From positions 5,704,001-5,768,000 of the forward strand of contig NC_043009.1 in the NCBI RefSeq assembly GCF_006345805.1: 64,000 nt of DNA, read 5' to 3'. The DNA comes from Octopus sinensis (lineage: Eukaryota). Positions within the stretch are counted from its first letter, which is position 1, and every line of letters begins with the position of its first letter. Under the pieces are notes generated by a model that saw nothing but the letters and a program-made list of their open reading frames with translations, was not told where the DNA came from and ran no database searches. The position numbers and the translations under genes were made by a program. Of the stretch, positions 12,268 through 28,214 are shown piece after piece.

Positions 12268-13269
12268 AAGAGTGTGTGTGTGTGTGTCCTGTGTATGTGT
12301 CTATGTGTATGTAGTTTCCTATGTGGCAATTTATATATATATATATATGGCAAAGTAAATATCTGTGCGTATGCAGATATATGAATTGTTTATGTGAGTT
12401 GTTCAATGAAGCAAAGAGTGACAACTCTCCATACACATGCCGTATATTTCGCAGCTCAATACTCTCAATTAACTGCTCCGTTGTGGTTGAATAAAGCATG
12501 GCAGTACAGATGAATGGATTATTCGGTTGGTGCTTGTCAAGAACAGACACCTTTCACTACGGAACCCAGTATCTGTCAATAAACTCTCGGTCTATATTCA
12601 TTTTTATTATTTTTTTAGATAGTTTTAGCTCATAATTTCTCTGAGACAAATTATCCCTAAACCTTCTTTACCAAAAGTCTAACAAAAGTAGTATCTGTCC
12701 CTATGGGATTGTGTTTCTGACTGTGCGTCTCGTTCACTCTCTTAACTGTTTTGTCGTATTCTGTCATATCCGGTATTGACAGATCCGGTTCAAGATGTTA
12801 TACTAGTGATCTCCGTCATTGTGTAATAGATGTATATTTGTATAATAAACGTGCGTGTAAGCGAACGTGCTCATTTCTAAAGTCATATTGACTCACACAG
12901 CCGGTTTCCCGGTTGCTGCACATATGTGCAGCAACTGGGAAACATCTATCTATCTATCTATCCTTCTATCTATACATCTATCTATACAAAATGATGACGG
13001 AAAATTCCGTCGAAGACGACATATCAACATACATATATGTACACACACACACACACACTCACACTCAGATACTTCACAATGTGTCTCCTAGATTATTATC
13101 CTGTCATGACAAGATCATGTCTAAAAGAACACTTTTGAGATAATGTTAAAAGTTTTTAATTAAACTTAACATGCAGAGTGCCTCGCATTTTTCAACACAT
13201 GGAATATAAAAAAATTTGGTTGTTATCTGAATTAGTTGTCCGAATTAGTGCGTAAAGTCTACATAGTTG

Positions 13270-13470
13270 ATTGAATATTCCGGCATTCGCCATGATAGAT
13301 CGCTAGCCACTACACATTCTTTATTTTCGCTCCTCGTTTCTTTCATTGTTCCTTTCTGTGGAAGAGCGTAGGCTCGAAACGTTAAAGATCTTTTCACTTC
13401 CCGAGTGTTATACTAATACATCTGTTTGTTGTCTTCACCACCTGTCTTCGTCTTGTTTTTTTGGTTTTGT
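13270..13470 (+). mobile_element. Penelope-like pLTR fragment with minimal hammerhead-like motif (13352-13387)
   Basis: cttt-CTGTGGA-a-gagc gtag gctc-GAAAC-GTT-aaag. Flanks are shared with 44290-44520 (minus) and 59620-59750. Confidence 0.65.
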
Positions 13471-13492
13471 AACTTCTCCCTATGTATATATA

Positions 13493-13537
<45 letters not shown>

Positions 13538-15066
13538 GCTCCTATCACGATGTGTATCGTATTCTTGTTGTCTACAATGAGAAACAGGATGTTTTATGCG
13601 CCAAAAATTATTCCAAAATATAACTAATGAATAGCACTCCGAAAATGCTACCCATAAAACTTCATATTCAATGTAAGAGAACCCATAAATTCCATGAATA
13701 CAAATATTTGAATAATTTGGGTCTGTTTACACCTTGGAAACACTCAAGGAAAATATTATATATACGGACTAGATTCGTTTTCTGTCTGTAAATATCCTAT
13801 GTGTTAATGGATTAATGTGAAATGTAATCGCTTCGGGTATTTTCTTATAACATTAGCAACGTATGCATTAGTATATAAGTCTCTACTTTCCTGGGCGAAA
13901 AGCAAGCTGTACTATTTGACTTGCCACTCGTATGATCCTTATCATCAAACAGAAAATATTTAAATCAATACCGGTAATTTCTTTTTCGATTGTCATGGAA
14001 ATCCTTTCAGTTGAATAGGCCGACAAGTCTACAGCACGCCAAAGCAAATTTCTGTGCAAAATTTTAATGTCTAATTAGAAGCCCTTTATCTCTTGCTGCT
14101 TATTTCCCCAAGAGAAAACAGAATTATCACACATTTGCATCAGGATATGCATACAGGTGTCCCATCCTACATATATACATGTAAACATAATTACGCACAT
14201 GCATTCAAACGTGCAAGCATGCAAACACCCAGACACTCACATAGATTTTTATCCATAAGGGATCACTTATTAACGCATTAGGTTTGTTTTAACATTATTT
14301 AAATATGTGACTGCATGTATGTATGTGCACACATTAACACACGCCTATATACGTTTTGACAGAAACAATTTTAGTAGTGTTTGTTGTTAATTGTTAATAT
14401 ACATAATTTAATCGTATCCTATTTATGAAGAAACCAGACTATATGTACATAATTAAGACTCCGCCAGAGCATGTGAATATTTGATTTTGAAATTAGGTTT
14501 GGCTTAAGCGTTTCATATTTTCAGTCTCTCACGAGATTGCCAAGGCACATTAAAATGTTCAATGTCAATTGATATTCGGTGAAAATAGATTGCTTTGTTT
14601 TCTAATTATATTATGATGCATATTAATTTCATATCAATTTGATTTTTTGGTTCCCAAAAGACAAATTAAATTCGATTTATTTCAAAATAATAAAACTATT
14701 CAATCACCATATGTTCGTCATGTAATTGTTGAATAGTATAATCACTGTATTTCTTTAAATTAAAATTAACTTTTATAAGTTTTACGAAAATATATTTAGG
14801 CGTTGATTCTAAATAGTTGGGTTAATGAACACCCGACTCAAAGTTCATGTAATATAATATGCTACTATATCAAAAAGAATGCTATCAGTCTGCAGAGACA
14901 CACAAGACCGACAAAGAAAATATATCAATTACTTGAATTTTTTATCACACCTTCAAATTATTTTAACAAACAGGCGACTTAAGTCTAAAGTAATACAGAT
15001 TTTAGGGAAAGTATGTGGATTCTATTAATTTCTGATAGTCTTTGACACTGTTTATTGTATAATATA

Positions 15067-15280
15067 CAGTAATCACTCGATTATCACGGATGTTACGTTT
15101 TAAAACCTGCGATAGACGAAAATCCACGAAGTAGAAACAGTACTATATATTTTTTTAATTATTTCTATAAGTTGTATATATTTATTTTATTATAAATGCA
15201 AAACAACACCGCGGAAGAATCGAGGTAAGTTTAAATAATAAACCGCGATAGTTGAAACGCGATATGGCGAGGGATTACTG
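15067..15280. mobile_element. pogo/Tigger-like MITE (214 bp)
   Basis: TIRs cagtaatcactcg (15067) and cgagggattactg (ends 15280). TA precedes the left TIR; the right flank is TG. Confidence 0.75.
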
Positions 15281-15567
15281 TGTATTTTCGTAGAGTGGGA
15301 CGGTCAACTTGCTAATAAAAGACTCGTACTATGTCGTGTTTATTTGTGTAATAATATCGTTTAACTAATTAGTTATTTCTTGTGAAATTTTAAAATGATT
15401 TATCCATCGATCATTTTCTCATTGCTATGATACGCTAGAAACATTCGTGGTAGGGGGAAGGTAATATTTATTACGTGGTTAAACTAGTTTGTTGAAGGTA
15501 GAGGAGAGGAGTTAACATATAACATTAGCTGAAGGGTGACGTTCTGATTATGAGGTTAGAGAAAGGC

Positions 15568-15604
<37 letters not shown>

Positions 15605-16789
15605 GGTGGTCGTGATGGTGGTGGTGGTGTGGTGGTGGTGGTAGTGGTTTTGGTGGTGGTTGGTGGTGATGGTGGAGTTGGCGATGGTGAGTGTATAGTG
15701 AAAAGTAATACTATTATTAATTGAACTAAATTATTTTATATCACCTATCACTTAACGCATGCGCATCCCAAATTTGCCATTCACTTTTGAAAGAAACTCG
15801 TTTCCCGTTTACCTGTCATATGCAATGACTATCAATTAACCACAAATGCAGACTGAATTCGGCCATGGTCAGCTGTCTGTTGCATTCTCAAGGGCTTGCA
15901 ATTTATGTGATGTGAGAGTTAAAGTTATCAGCACTGACAAACAAGGGAGAAGAAGAGGGAGAACTTACACCAAGAGTATTGTCTGCATAGAAGTATTGAA
16001 TTGAAAGGTGTTGGCGAATTGAAATGTGTATTGGCTCTGACCTTGGCTTATACGTTAGCAACGATGTGGCATTTAGTGTATGTCATGTTGCATTAAATTT
16101 TTAGCCCCGTGAAATTCTGACCTTTATATTTTAAATATAAAAATATTTTTTTTACAATAAAAGTTTTGTTTTCTAGATATGAAATTATGACTATGTAAAC
16201 TTTAAAATGTAATTTTTTCTCTTTATGGGGAAAATGAAAAACTAAGAGTGAATATATATTTTATGAGTGCTGTTTATTAAGTCTCTAAAATTGTGCATAA
16301 AGTATATTAAGTATATATATATATATATATAAAGTGTATTAAGTAATCATGGTATTCCAATTTCCTTCACTTTTCAATGATTAGCAGATGCCCGACTAAC
16401 TTTGATACAGACGCCACACATGGTACGTTTTCAGGCTTTTGGGATAAAGTTTGCCGGAATAACTCAACAGGTTTACTATTAATTCTGTGAAATATTCATG
16501 GTTCTAGCTAGTTCTTTATTTATTATTAGTTTGTTTTTGGGAAAAAAAATTAGAGATAATTAAAAAATAGAAAAAAAGAATTACCACGAACACAAACATT
16601 AAATAATAGACGAATGGTATAAATACAGAGATGAGAAGGAAACTGATTTATTACAGCAAGAAATTAATATTATATCAGTTTTACATTAAATATCCCCAAA
16701 TCATCAGTGTCTGATTATGTTACTCCTAGATATATCATTTACATTTTGACTAGCAACACATTTAGGTTATTTATACTATAAAATTCTAA

Positions 16790-16975
16790 TAGTTTCAGGC
16801 ATTGGACTGTGGCGATGCTGGCATACAGACTTCAAAGGGATTTATCGAATAAATCAAACGCAGTATCTATTTATTTTTAATACAGTGCCTATTCTATCGC
16901 TGTCTTTTGCCGAACCACTATTACTGGGATGCAAAGAAAGCAACATAGATTGTCAAGTGCTGGCGGAGCAATCAC
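16790..16975 (-). mobile_element. Diverged OK-like SINE 3' fragment
   Basis: ggactgtggcgatgctgg...tcttttgccgaaccacta-ttactggg-atgcaaa resembles the OK-like tail. Confidence 0.55.
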
Positions 16976-17344
16976 AAGCATACACACAGACACGCACACA
17001 TACGCACACACTCACACGTACGCACAAGCACAGATAAACAGGCACACACAGACACGCACGGACGCACACTCACACACACACACATACACACAGGCACGTA
17101 ACTATGTGAGGCAGGAACAATGAGCTCCTCCTCCAAAATTTCCCTCACAACGCATTAATCGGCAAGAAGTTATAATAGATAACACTTGACGAAGCTCCTG
17201 TGCAGTGAGAGGGCTGGAAAAAATGTTAAATACCATTCAAAAATAGTTTATACTTCTATTTTGTGGTCACTTAATTTCTAACAAACATTTCAGAAACAGT
17301 CTATTAATAATCCTTGTTTTATATGAAATTCATAGAAATACTAC

Positions 17345-17590
17345 GGAGGTGCATGGCTTAATGGTTTGGGTGTTGGACTCATGATCGTAAGATTGTGGTT
17401 TCGATTCCTGGACCGGACGATTCGTTGTGTTCTTCAGCAAAACGCTTCATTTCACGTTGCTCCAGTCCACTCAGCTGGCAAAAATGAGTAATCCTGCGAC
17501 GGACCGGCGTCCTGTCCAGGTGAGGAGTTTCCACGCCACTGAAACCGGGAAACCGGCCCTTATGAGCCTGGCATGGCTCACGAGGAAACA
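17345..17590 (+). mobile_element. tRNA-derived SINE (OR-like head, ctgcgacggaccggcgtcctgtccagg core)
   Basis: A-box-like tggcttaatgg and B-box-like ggtttcgattcc. Related to 27960-28197 and 32768-33070. Confidence 0.8.
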
Positions 17591-18559
17591 TAAATATACT
17601 AACATTGGAAATTTGGTGCCACATACATCGTATCAAGTGTTACAGAATCCATGTATGACTCAAAATATGCAATGCAGAATGGAAGTTTATTTTTAAAAAT
17701 AATTTTCGATATCAAAAACAAAATTGATGATTTGCCATACTAAGGTATGGCAAAACAGTTTTTTTTTCAAATAGTAGCTCAATTTTATCACGATGTTTGT
17801 TTGGTACAAACATTTGAAGTAATAATATAACGCGGTGAATGTGATATTTGAATAAAGTTAAAAGAAAATGACAGGAAAATCGAAGCCTTCATTTAGCAGA
17901 CGATAAAGCATTCTTAAACAACTGCCACCATTTGTAAAGATAAAATTGGCGGAGTTGAGCCGGATTGCAAATGGAGTTGGAAGAAAACAACGCTAACACT
18001 GCAGCAACTATAAACTGTTAATGCGAAACGACGGAGTTAGTACATTCGTTTTGTAGCTTCAAAAAATTATGTTAGCTACTCCATCATCTTATGAATATAT
18101 TATAAATTATTTGATAATACATATCCTTTTTCGAAGCAATCGGTATGCATTCTTTTGTCTGTGGTTGTCATTAATAAGAGATTGGAATAAATGAATGATA
18201 ATGCTGATCATGAATAGATCATCCCTAGTTACTCTCAATGAATAGAATAAAAAGTAATATTTCATAAAAAAAGGGTAATTTTGCAATTCTTTTTATACAT
18301 TAAATTTTTCAAAACTAATTTCGGCTTTAGAAATTCTATTGTTGAATTAACGTTTTTAAAATTTAATCTTTTATTCGCATTTCCGTTACTTTATGAGCAA
18401 TTTGCAAATATTTATTTTTTTAATGAGGAGAAATATACGACTTTGCAGCGACACACAAACAAATTTCCATATACAACAACTCTCCTAATAATACCACACT
18501 GAGAACTGATCTGTATGTATTCGTGCATATACATACTCAAAACAAACACATACACATAA

Positions 18560-20235
<1,676 letters not shown>

Positions 20236-20794
20236 TGCGTCGAGGTGCATGGATAGTTGGCTGTGCCACTGTTTACGTAAGGGAAGGCATTTTATATTTC
20301 CGGCAATTTATGCCAATATCTCCTATTTGTCACGTTCTATATATTTCAATAACTTGCAAATTTGACTTTCTAGAAGCAAATAGAAATTACAAAGCTCTAG
20401 GTTAAAACGGTATGAAACGACTGCAGCGTATTACCGGTATTTACTATATAACCCATAAACCTAGGCTCTAACGAGTTATTTTTTTAATTGTTTGAAATAA
20501 AAATAAATCTGGTGGGACATAAATACTTGAATGTAATAGTTTATTACAAAACGGTTTTGTAGTTGATATGTTGTCTTAGCAACCGCGTCGTTTCAAGATT
20601 AGGGAAGTGCTTTCTTTTATAGCCCAGGGACGACTAGTGAGATGTGAATAAATATTTCAGCTGGAGACTGTGCGGAAACTCTTTTTACACATGCCTATAT
20701 TAACAAGTATTTTTATGAACGTACATATGTAGGCGTATATTTATGTATATATGTATATGTGTGTGCATGTCTATGTGTGCATGTCTTTTATTAT

Positions 20795-23165
20795 TTAATG
20801 ATTATACATCTTCCATTCAAGAGGGTGCCGGTTTCCAACAAAGATACAAAGCTCCATCTTTGGGATGTAGGTAACACACGCAAATTCAAATTTGGAACTG
20901 GAGAACATTCTTTCATATTTTTGCTGTTCCACTTACAAATTACACCTGTAATGTACGAATTTACTAAAACCGATTGCTCCAATTATTATTGGTATGACTA
21001 TGAATTGACAGTCTGGATATAGAAGCTGAGGTTTCGAAGCATTTATCCATAGATAACCTATTTTCCTTTGAGTTTTAAAGAGATATTTATATCTGGAGGG
21101 CAGCTTACCTCTATGGTGGTACAGCCCTCTGCTCCTTTGTCCCAAACAACAATATACGGCCTGTTATGCTTACATTTATCAGAGGTTTTGATGGGAGTAT
21201 TCCACCATTAATCCTTGAGTTGGTGTTTATGAATGTCTTCCATAACAAAGGGATTTTCTAAGTTCCTTTCAGGACAGTCAAATTCGCGAATGGCATTGTA
21301 AATTGTTTTAGCAATAACATCATGCCGCATAGGGAGGTAGAACCGTGATGACAATTTAGGACCGCTGCTAATCACATTCGCGATGTTTTCCAGAGAAACA
21401 TGACATAACCTACATATAAAGTTGCACCTTGGGATTACAAGAACGTCACTGTCTCCCATGTTCATGAGGTACTTTGTGGCAAACCCCTGTTCCTGGATTG
21501 CAAACGCATAACCTTCAAAGTGTGATGTGATGTAATGGTCTTTTGTCCCAAGAAATGCTGCGCTCCATGTCAATTCTACTGTGTTCTTCAAGCTTCCGGG
21601 CAACATACCCATTCATAGCCTTTTCGTCTTTGTATGTTGAGTGCTTTCTATCCAGGTCTTCTCTGAGGTAAGAGAGCCCAGTTTTTTCGGGCTGCAGAGA
21701 TCATCAACAATGTTGCTTACTTCACTTATCAGCACTGCATTTATATATCAATTTTTCTGTTGTTGTTTAGCAGGTGCTGCCTGAGGGATACCATATGGCA
21801 TTCGAAGGCCGTCTGCACCGATCTCAGGTCTCTACTCCCTTAATTTCTTCATGGGTAAAGTCTGTCAACATCACCATTTCTATGGAGTTTCCCTGTTGTT
21901 CGTCAGGATTATGCGGGTTTTGATATCTAAGGAGTGAATTTCCTCTAAAGACCAAACAAGTATCCCAAATGTTGGAATCAGCACTGGTACTGCAAATGCA
22001 TTTTAGGATATTGTTTGTTGTAAGAGGAAAGTTCCAGCTGTCATATTTTCATAAGTCTGGTGTAATATCCTCAGGTCACTCTATCCTTATTCACAGTGCC
22101 TTCATATGATACATTTTCGTCTATGCCTAGGTATTTGTAACACTGTAGATACAGTGACCGTTGTTGCACAGGTTTTGGACTGGGGGACTGATTTTCCTCA
22201 TTCTATAACCAAATATGAACATTTCTTTTGGCCAAATTCCACGCCTATTTCGGCTGAAAATATTATTAATTCCAATTTTAGCATAAATCTTCAGGTCGTC
22301 TACAAAAAAATTATGAGTTACATTAATATTTGTAGCAGTTGAAGATCCTAGCATGTAATCATTTGTTTTCTGCAGTAGGAACGATAATGGATTCAGTGCC
22401 AAAATGAAAAGAAGTACTGAAAGACTATTTCCTTGGAATTTTCTTTTGAAATGACTATACTATCAGAAACAAGTATTCCGTTCTCACTTGTAAGAGTAAG
22501 AATTGTTGTCCATGTCTTTGTGAGTCCCTCTATAGCAGCAGCTAAAAGGTAGTAGGTACTTTTGCCAGATGTAGGCGCTTCAACAGCCATGAATTAGGGA
22601 TAGAAACGAACGCCTTCTTATAAGTTAAGTCATACTGTCACAAGGTTTCTATGTTAGTTTCTTACTTCAGGCAGTACAGCTTTGTTTATTAAAAGTTTTT
22701 CAGCACATCTCCACGCTCCCTTCTTACCACCAGCTTTTTCATCAGTCACAATGTTGTTCGTCTCACAGTGACCCTGGAGTAATTGGTTGAGGCAACTTGG
22801 GTACAGTTTGGGTACATAATATTTGTAGTTTTCTGCCATCTTGGTGATTTTATTTTTGTTTGGCAACAATATATATTCCCTGCTGTAGGATGCCAATTTG
22901 GTATATCTGTCTGATCTTCTATAGCCCTTTTGAATATACATATCATTTAGTTTCTACAAAATGTCAGCTTCTTGTACCAATATCCAAGTATTAGGCCCCA
23001 TTCCAGTTGCCTTTCCATTTTGCAGTTTGCCTACTGCCATAGCGAAGGTTTCTGCACCATTTTTGTATGTTTTAATGTTAGTGATGTTACAGTATTCTTT
23101 CTCAACTGCATTTAACCATAATGTGTTCAGGCTGAAATCTCACTTTTCATTCAAAATATTTGACA
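20795..23165 (-). mobile_element. Decayed R4/Dong-like (R2-superfamily, REL endonuclease) non-LTR retrotransposon
   Basis: Minus-strand fragments: GYWYKKLT; QAGGK-like AGGKKGAWRCAEKLLINKAV; FFVDDLKIYAK (RT active site); CRLCHVSLENIANVISSGPKLSSRFYLPMRHD (zinc knuckle); IPIIIGAIG. Many stops and frameshifts. Confidence 0.88.
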
Positions 23166-23280
23166 AGAACGATTGTAGATATTGTTGTAGGTATGCCTGT
23201 CTGTACATACGTACGTATGCATGTTTGTCATTATTCAGTTTTATTTCAATATTTGTTGCCAATAGAGAAAGAGAGAGAAA

Positions 23281-23316
<36 letters not shown>

Positions 23317-24189
23317 TACAGAGACAGAGAGGAAAACAGAGATATAGAAAGAGAGAGACAGAAAGAAAGATGGAGAAAGAGAGTGATCCGGTTTCGAACC
23401 TAGACCCAAGGTTCCTTCAATCGATGGAGTATTTTTGCATGCATTTGAGTAAATGTACAGGAGTTGGAGTCACTGCATGTGCATATTTGCATGAATGTAT
23501 GCATATGTACGTGCATGAATATGTCTTTGAGTGTCACCATTTCGCCGCTTAACAACTGGCAAAGGTTTGTTCACATTCTGGTACTTTAAACCGACGGAAT
23601 AAATACCAAACTGGTACCTCTGCAAGGCGGCAGTTCGGAGACGGATGGCAAAATGTAAGATGTTACACAATAATATACCAAATTCTTTATATTCTATTAT
23701 CACTTTCATTGCTCAGATAATTGATTTCTTCTCTACTGAAAACTGTTCACCAAAGAAGGGAATATATTTGTAAGCAGAGATGTAGTATATTACTGGTTAT
23801 TATTTCATCATAAATAGAAATTTTGAATTACATGCTTCGTCAGAGTGAAATTTAAACAGAGAAGATTGAGTCCCATCATCGCCCAAGTGATGGGTTCTAA
23901 TATTATTATTTTCCATTTAGGAAGCAGACCAATAATTGTCAGTTAGAATAATAATAATGGATGGAAGTAACATTTGTATAATGCTAATAAACATTTTATC
24001 GATAATTCACAGTTGATAAGTATGTTCCATGTGGGAGGTTTTGGTGGCCTGTATATAATGAAAATCAATATATTAGTTGGTTGGCTAAAATGATTCAAAC
24101 GGAAATATGTGTTTCATATAAATGTATCTATGTATCTATCTAGCTAGCGAGAAACCTAGCTGTCTATCAGTGTCAGTCTTGTCTGTCCG

Positions 24190-24263
24190 TCTCTCTGTCT
24201 GCCTGTCTCTCTCCCTCTGTCTCTCCCTCTGTCTCTGTCTCTGTCTCTCTCTGTCTCTCTCTG

Positions 24264-24324
<61 letters not shown>

Positions 24325-24430
24325 TTATCTATCTATCTATCTGTCTGTCTGCCTCTATCTCTCTCTCTCTATCTATATATCTATCTAGCTATAAGTTTGT
24401 CTATCTATCTGTCTGCCTGTTTATCTGTTT
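24190..24430. repeat. Compound (TCTG)/(TC)/(TCTA) microsatellite
   Basis: Direct. Confidence 0.9.
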
Positions 24431-24962
24431 ATCTATCTGTCTGTCTGTCGTTGTCTCACCCTCTCTCAATCTACATATACACACAAACACACATATATAC
24501 ACATCTATATCTTTCTATGTGTGTGTGTGTGTGTGCATACATGTATGTGAAGGCACTGCACATAGCGTTGATTCACGATAGCACGATTGACGTTTCGATT
24601 ACTTGCCCAGCGGAAAGTTGTTTTCTGGAGCTAAACACTACATTTCACTTTATCTACTACAACGGAACAGCTCGTAGAGAATGTGACCATCCCAGTATCA
24701 CAAGTGGGGTAGCATCATTCAATGACTACCACAATCAAAGAAAGCGCATAGTGATCAGCAATGTGTAACAACATCGGAAAGTTTGGTTGATAGAGCAATG
24801 ATCACCAGCAAAAATATAAGCCCTGAGCGGTTCTCTTGAGGGAAATTTCTCCTACCCTTGTATTTCTTTGCAAATTCTCTTTCTCTCCGCGTTTTACTCT
24901 GGATGTAAACATAAGTGGCAGCGCCAACAACCACCAGTCAAATTTCACACGGCTATGTATAT

Positions 24963-25028
<66 letters not shown>

Positions 25029-25034
25029 CATATA

Positions 25035-25081
<47 letters not shown>

Positions 25082-25089
25082 CATATATA

Positions 25090-25640
25090 TATTATATAAA
25101 ATCCGTTCTGTCTGTCTGTGTGTGTGTCTTCTAGGATCTCGGGCATCCTCCATCCGATTGCACTCAAATTTGATATGTAGATACCGACGGCATCAGGGCG
25201 TGCATAAGTCTGGAAAATATTACAAAAATCTATTCCAGCTGAGAACGCGATCAATAAAGCCGTTTTGTCCTGCTTTTCATCTCTCAACCTGTACATAACT
25301 GCATCTTGCATTTTACGTTGTTTTTGTACTGCTTAAAGGCACGTTTATTTCCTGCCAAGCTTACTGTTTAAACCATGTTTGTGTTCTCCCAGTCAACAGC
25401 CTTATCATTACTGGTACTTTAAACTCTTCGGTTTTGATATTTGTGTGAATAAAATCGTTTTCCTTTGGAATAGAAAAAGTATATCTTTATTTCATCTTAT
25501 GCTGGTGTCTCAAATTTAGGTCAAATCAGTGTTTTTCAAAGAGGAGGCCTATGGGACGGTCGGACAACTTGTTTTGAGAAAATTTGGTTTAAATGTTTGA
25601 CAACTCAGCACCGTCCATTGCACGGGGAGCGTTTTGCTCG
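25090..25640 (+). mobile_element. Probable non-autonomous Helitron emerging from a (TA)n tract
   Basis: 5' tataaaatccgttctgtctgtctgtgtgtg...ctcaaatttgatatg; 3' hairpin ccgtccattgcacggg then CTCG^t (CTAG variant). Confidence 0.55.
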
Positions 25641-26730
25641 TATATATATATAAACTTTGTATTGATTAGTTCTTCAAGCTTCACCTAACGGTTTATTCAA
25701 CCCCAACAGCAGCGTTTGTATGTGTATTTGTGTGGGTGTAGAGCATATGTGAGTATGTCGGTCTGTCTGTGTTACTGTGCGCGTGTGTTTGTGCGTGTTT
25801 CTGCGCATGTTTGTGTGGTGTATGTTTTATATATTTATCTAGCTGTCTGTATGTCTGTTTGTCTGGCTGTTTATACAATTAAATGTTGCAAACTTAAATA
25901 AAGGCGACTCGGTATATTATTGACAGATGAAATAAAAACCTCCACGCCGGTGCAATTTCGGTTTCGAATATAGATATATATGTATCGATTATCTTGATTT
26001 ATCTATCCAATATTCCATAATTTTTTGGTAGGCGAAAATAAAGCTCTTTGCAGATGGTGTGCTATTGATTGAATCTATTCATTTATATAACTAGAATTAA
26101 TTTCATTTATGTGAAGTTTTGAAAGATATCGGCAACATGTGAAGGATTTAAGCCCTTGTTCCGTACGAGTATTTATTTTCTCTATACACTACAACTTTAT
26201 CTTGCGCATTGTATAAATTTAGTTTGAAATGAATAAAAATTTATTGCTTACTGTATAATTGATAGCAATGTATATTCCAATGCGTCCATAACTATAGTGA
26301 TTATTGTAAAATCGAGTGCATAACCTTTACAATGCATTCATTTACATACTCGAATCTCAGTCTATTTAAAAATTACTATTTGAAATTTCTTACTATTTGA
26401 AAATACTTTCAATTTATAATTTACTAGCTTACCACATGCCGTCAATAATGGCGGCTAAAATGGCGGCTAATAATAGGATTTTATATATAATTAAGGTACA
26501 AAATAAGGTACATAATAATCACGCATACAAACATTCACATACTTCCCGTGTACACCCACACATGTACTCACAAAGAGTTGAAACTCTGATTTACTTTCGC
26601 CCCTTCCTTCCTTATTCACGTGTCACCCGTTTGTCTCATTGCTATTATTTTCTCTCACTCCCTCTCAGTCACTAATTCTCCTTCACTGAATGTCTAGTTT
26701 CTCTCTTCCTCCGCGTCCGGTTGGATTCTA

Positions 26731-26766
<36 letters not shown>

Positions 26767-27959
26767 TTCAGCAAAAATTTAGATTCAAATGAATATGGTA
26801 CTTAATTTAGATGCACCAACATTTTGAATGGTGTTATCCATAAAAATCCGTGGGATGATTATAATCAAAATAATCAAAATCATTCTTGTTGCTTATTTTG
26901 ATATATATATATATATATATACACACAAAAAAATTTATAAAACACTACCGTGATTTATTATATTTGGAGATTACCTCCCAAATCATATCCAGAAAGTGCT
27001 GTTCCGTATTGAGTTGTTTTACCTTGAAAATGTCTTGTCTATTTAAATATTATTGGTTAATGAAATACCAATAAACACATCGCACCACAATCTGAATCCT
27101 TATCTTAGTCTATTAAATATGAGAAATTCCTTCTTTAAACTTCATTCTTGTGAGGCAGATGATGAGGTGAAATTACTGAACAGAAGTATATTCAAAGGCA
27201 TTCCAAACATGACCACCATGTGCTTTAATATATCTTTAACATCCATTCCTTTATTTGGCCCAGTTTTCAATAAAATACGGTATTAGCTGAATGCTATGCG
27301 GCTGGTATACCTTTCAAATCATGGAACATATTACAAGATAATGTTACTAGATACTGTATGAAATTGGAAACATATACTTTTATTTATACTTTAATAGGAT
27401 GTTAACTATCATAACCTTTATGGTATAATACAATTTACTACTGCAGGCCATTTTGTTAAATGATCAACTGTTTCCGTAATCTCAGAATACATTTGATTCG
27501 TTGTGGTGTCTTTATAGCTCACAAAATTACAGACGTATTGAATGGAATCCTTCAACATTTCATTTAATACATCAGGGTATAAGTGAAAATTTGCAACTTC
27601 TGTAGACTCTCGTAGATCTTGGGATTTGAACATGGATCATAAGGAGTTAACTATAGTATAAATTATTTAGTCGTTCATTTTACTAATTCCCTTAATTTTT
27701 TCCAGAAGAATTCAGACCAACATGAGAGGCGCTCTATTCCCGATTGCGTCCCGACAAACAGCAGATATCGCCATACATTTTACCTCTACCTGATAAATAG
27801 AAAATGACACAATATTGAATGTAAATCTGGCTGAAATGTTTCTGGAACATCATCGGGATTGGTTGTGTATTCTATATTTTCGATCTTTCAACATGGACAC
27901 TGCAACCTGGAGAGTTTTCGCTCAAAGAATCTAAAGAGTAAAATGTAAGCAAAGTTAAT

Positions 27960-28197
27960 TTATCGAGTCGTTCCGACTCATAAGGGCCGGTTTTCCGGTT
28001 TCCATGATGTATACATTTCCCACATGTATGGGACGCCAGTCTGTCTTAGGGTCACTCATCTTCGCCAGCTGAGTGGATTCGAAGAACGTGTAATGAAATG
28101 TTTGTTCAGGAACACAACGCATCCCACTGTCCAACAATGGAAACCACAATCTTACGATTAGGAATCTAACACTGTAAACACTAAGCCGTGCGACTCC
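27960..28197 (-). mobile_element. tRNA-derived SINE related to the 17345 copy
   Basis: Reverse complement ggagtcgcacggcttagtg...atcgtaagattgtggtttc...ccactcagctggcgaagatgagt...ggaaaccggaaaaccggcccttatgag. Confidence 0.8.
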
Positions 28198-28214
28198 AAG
28201 TCAATGAATCTTAC

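Noticed and set aside
27000-27800. Open frames on both strands (e.g. FKSQDLRESTEVANFHLYPDVL..., VEVKCMAISAVCRDAIGNR)
   Set aside because: No consistent acceptor/donor/frame combination and no family recognised.
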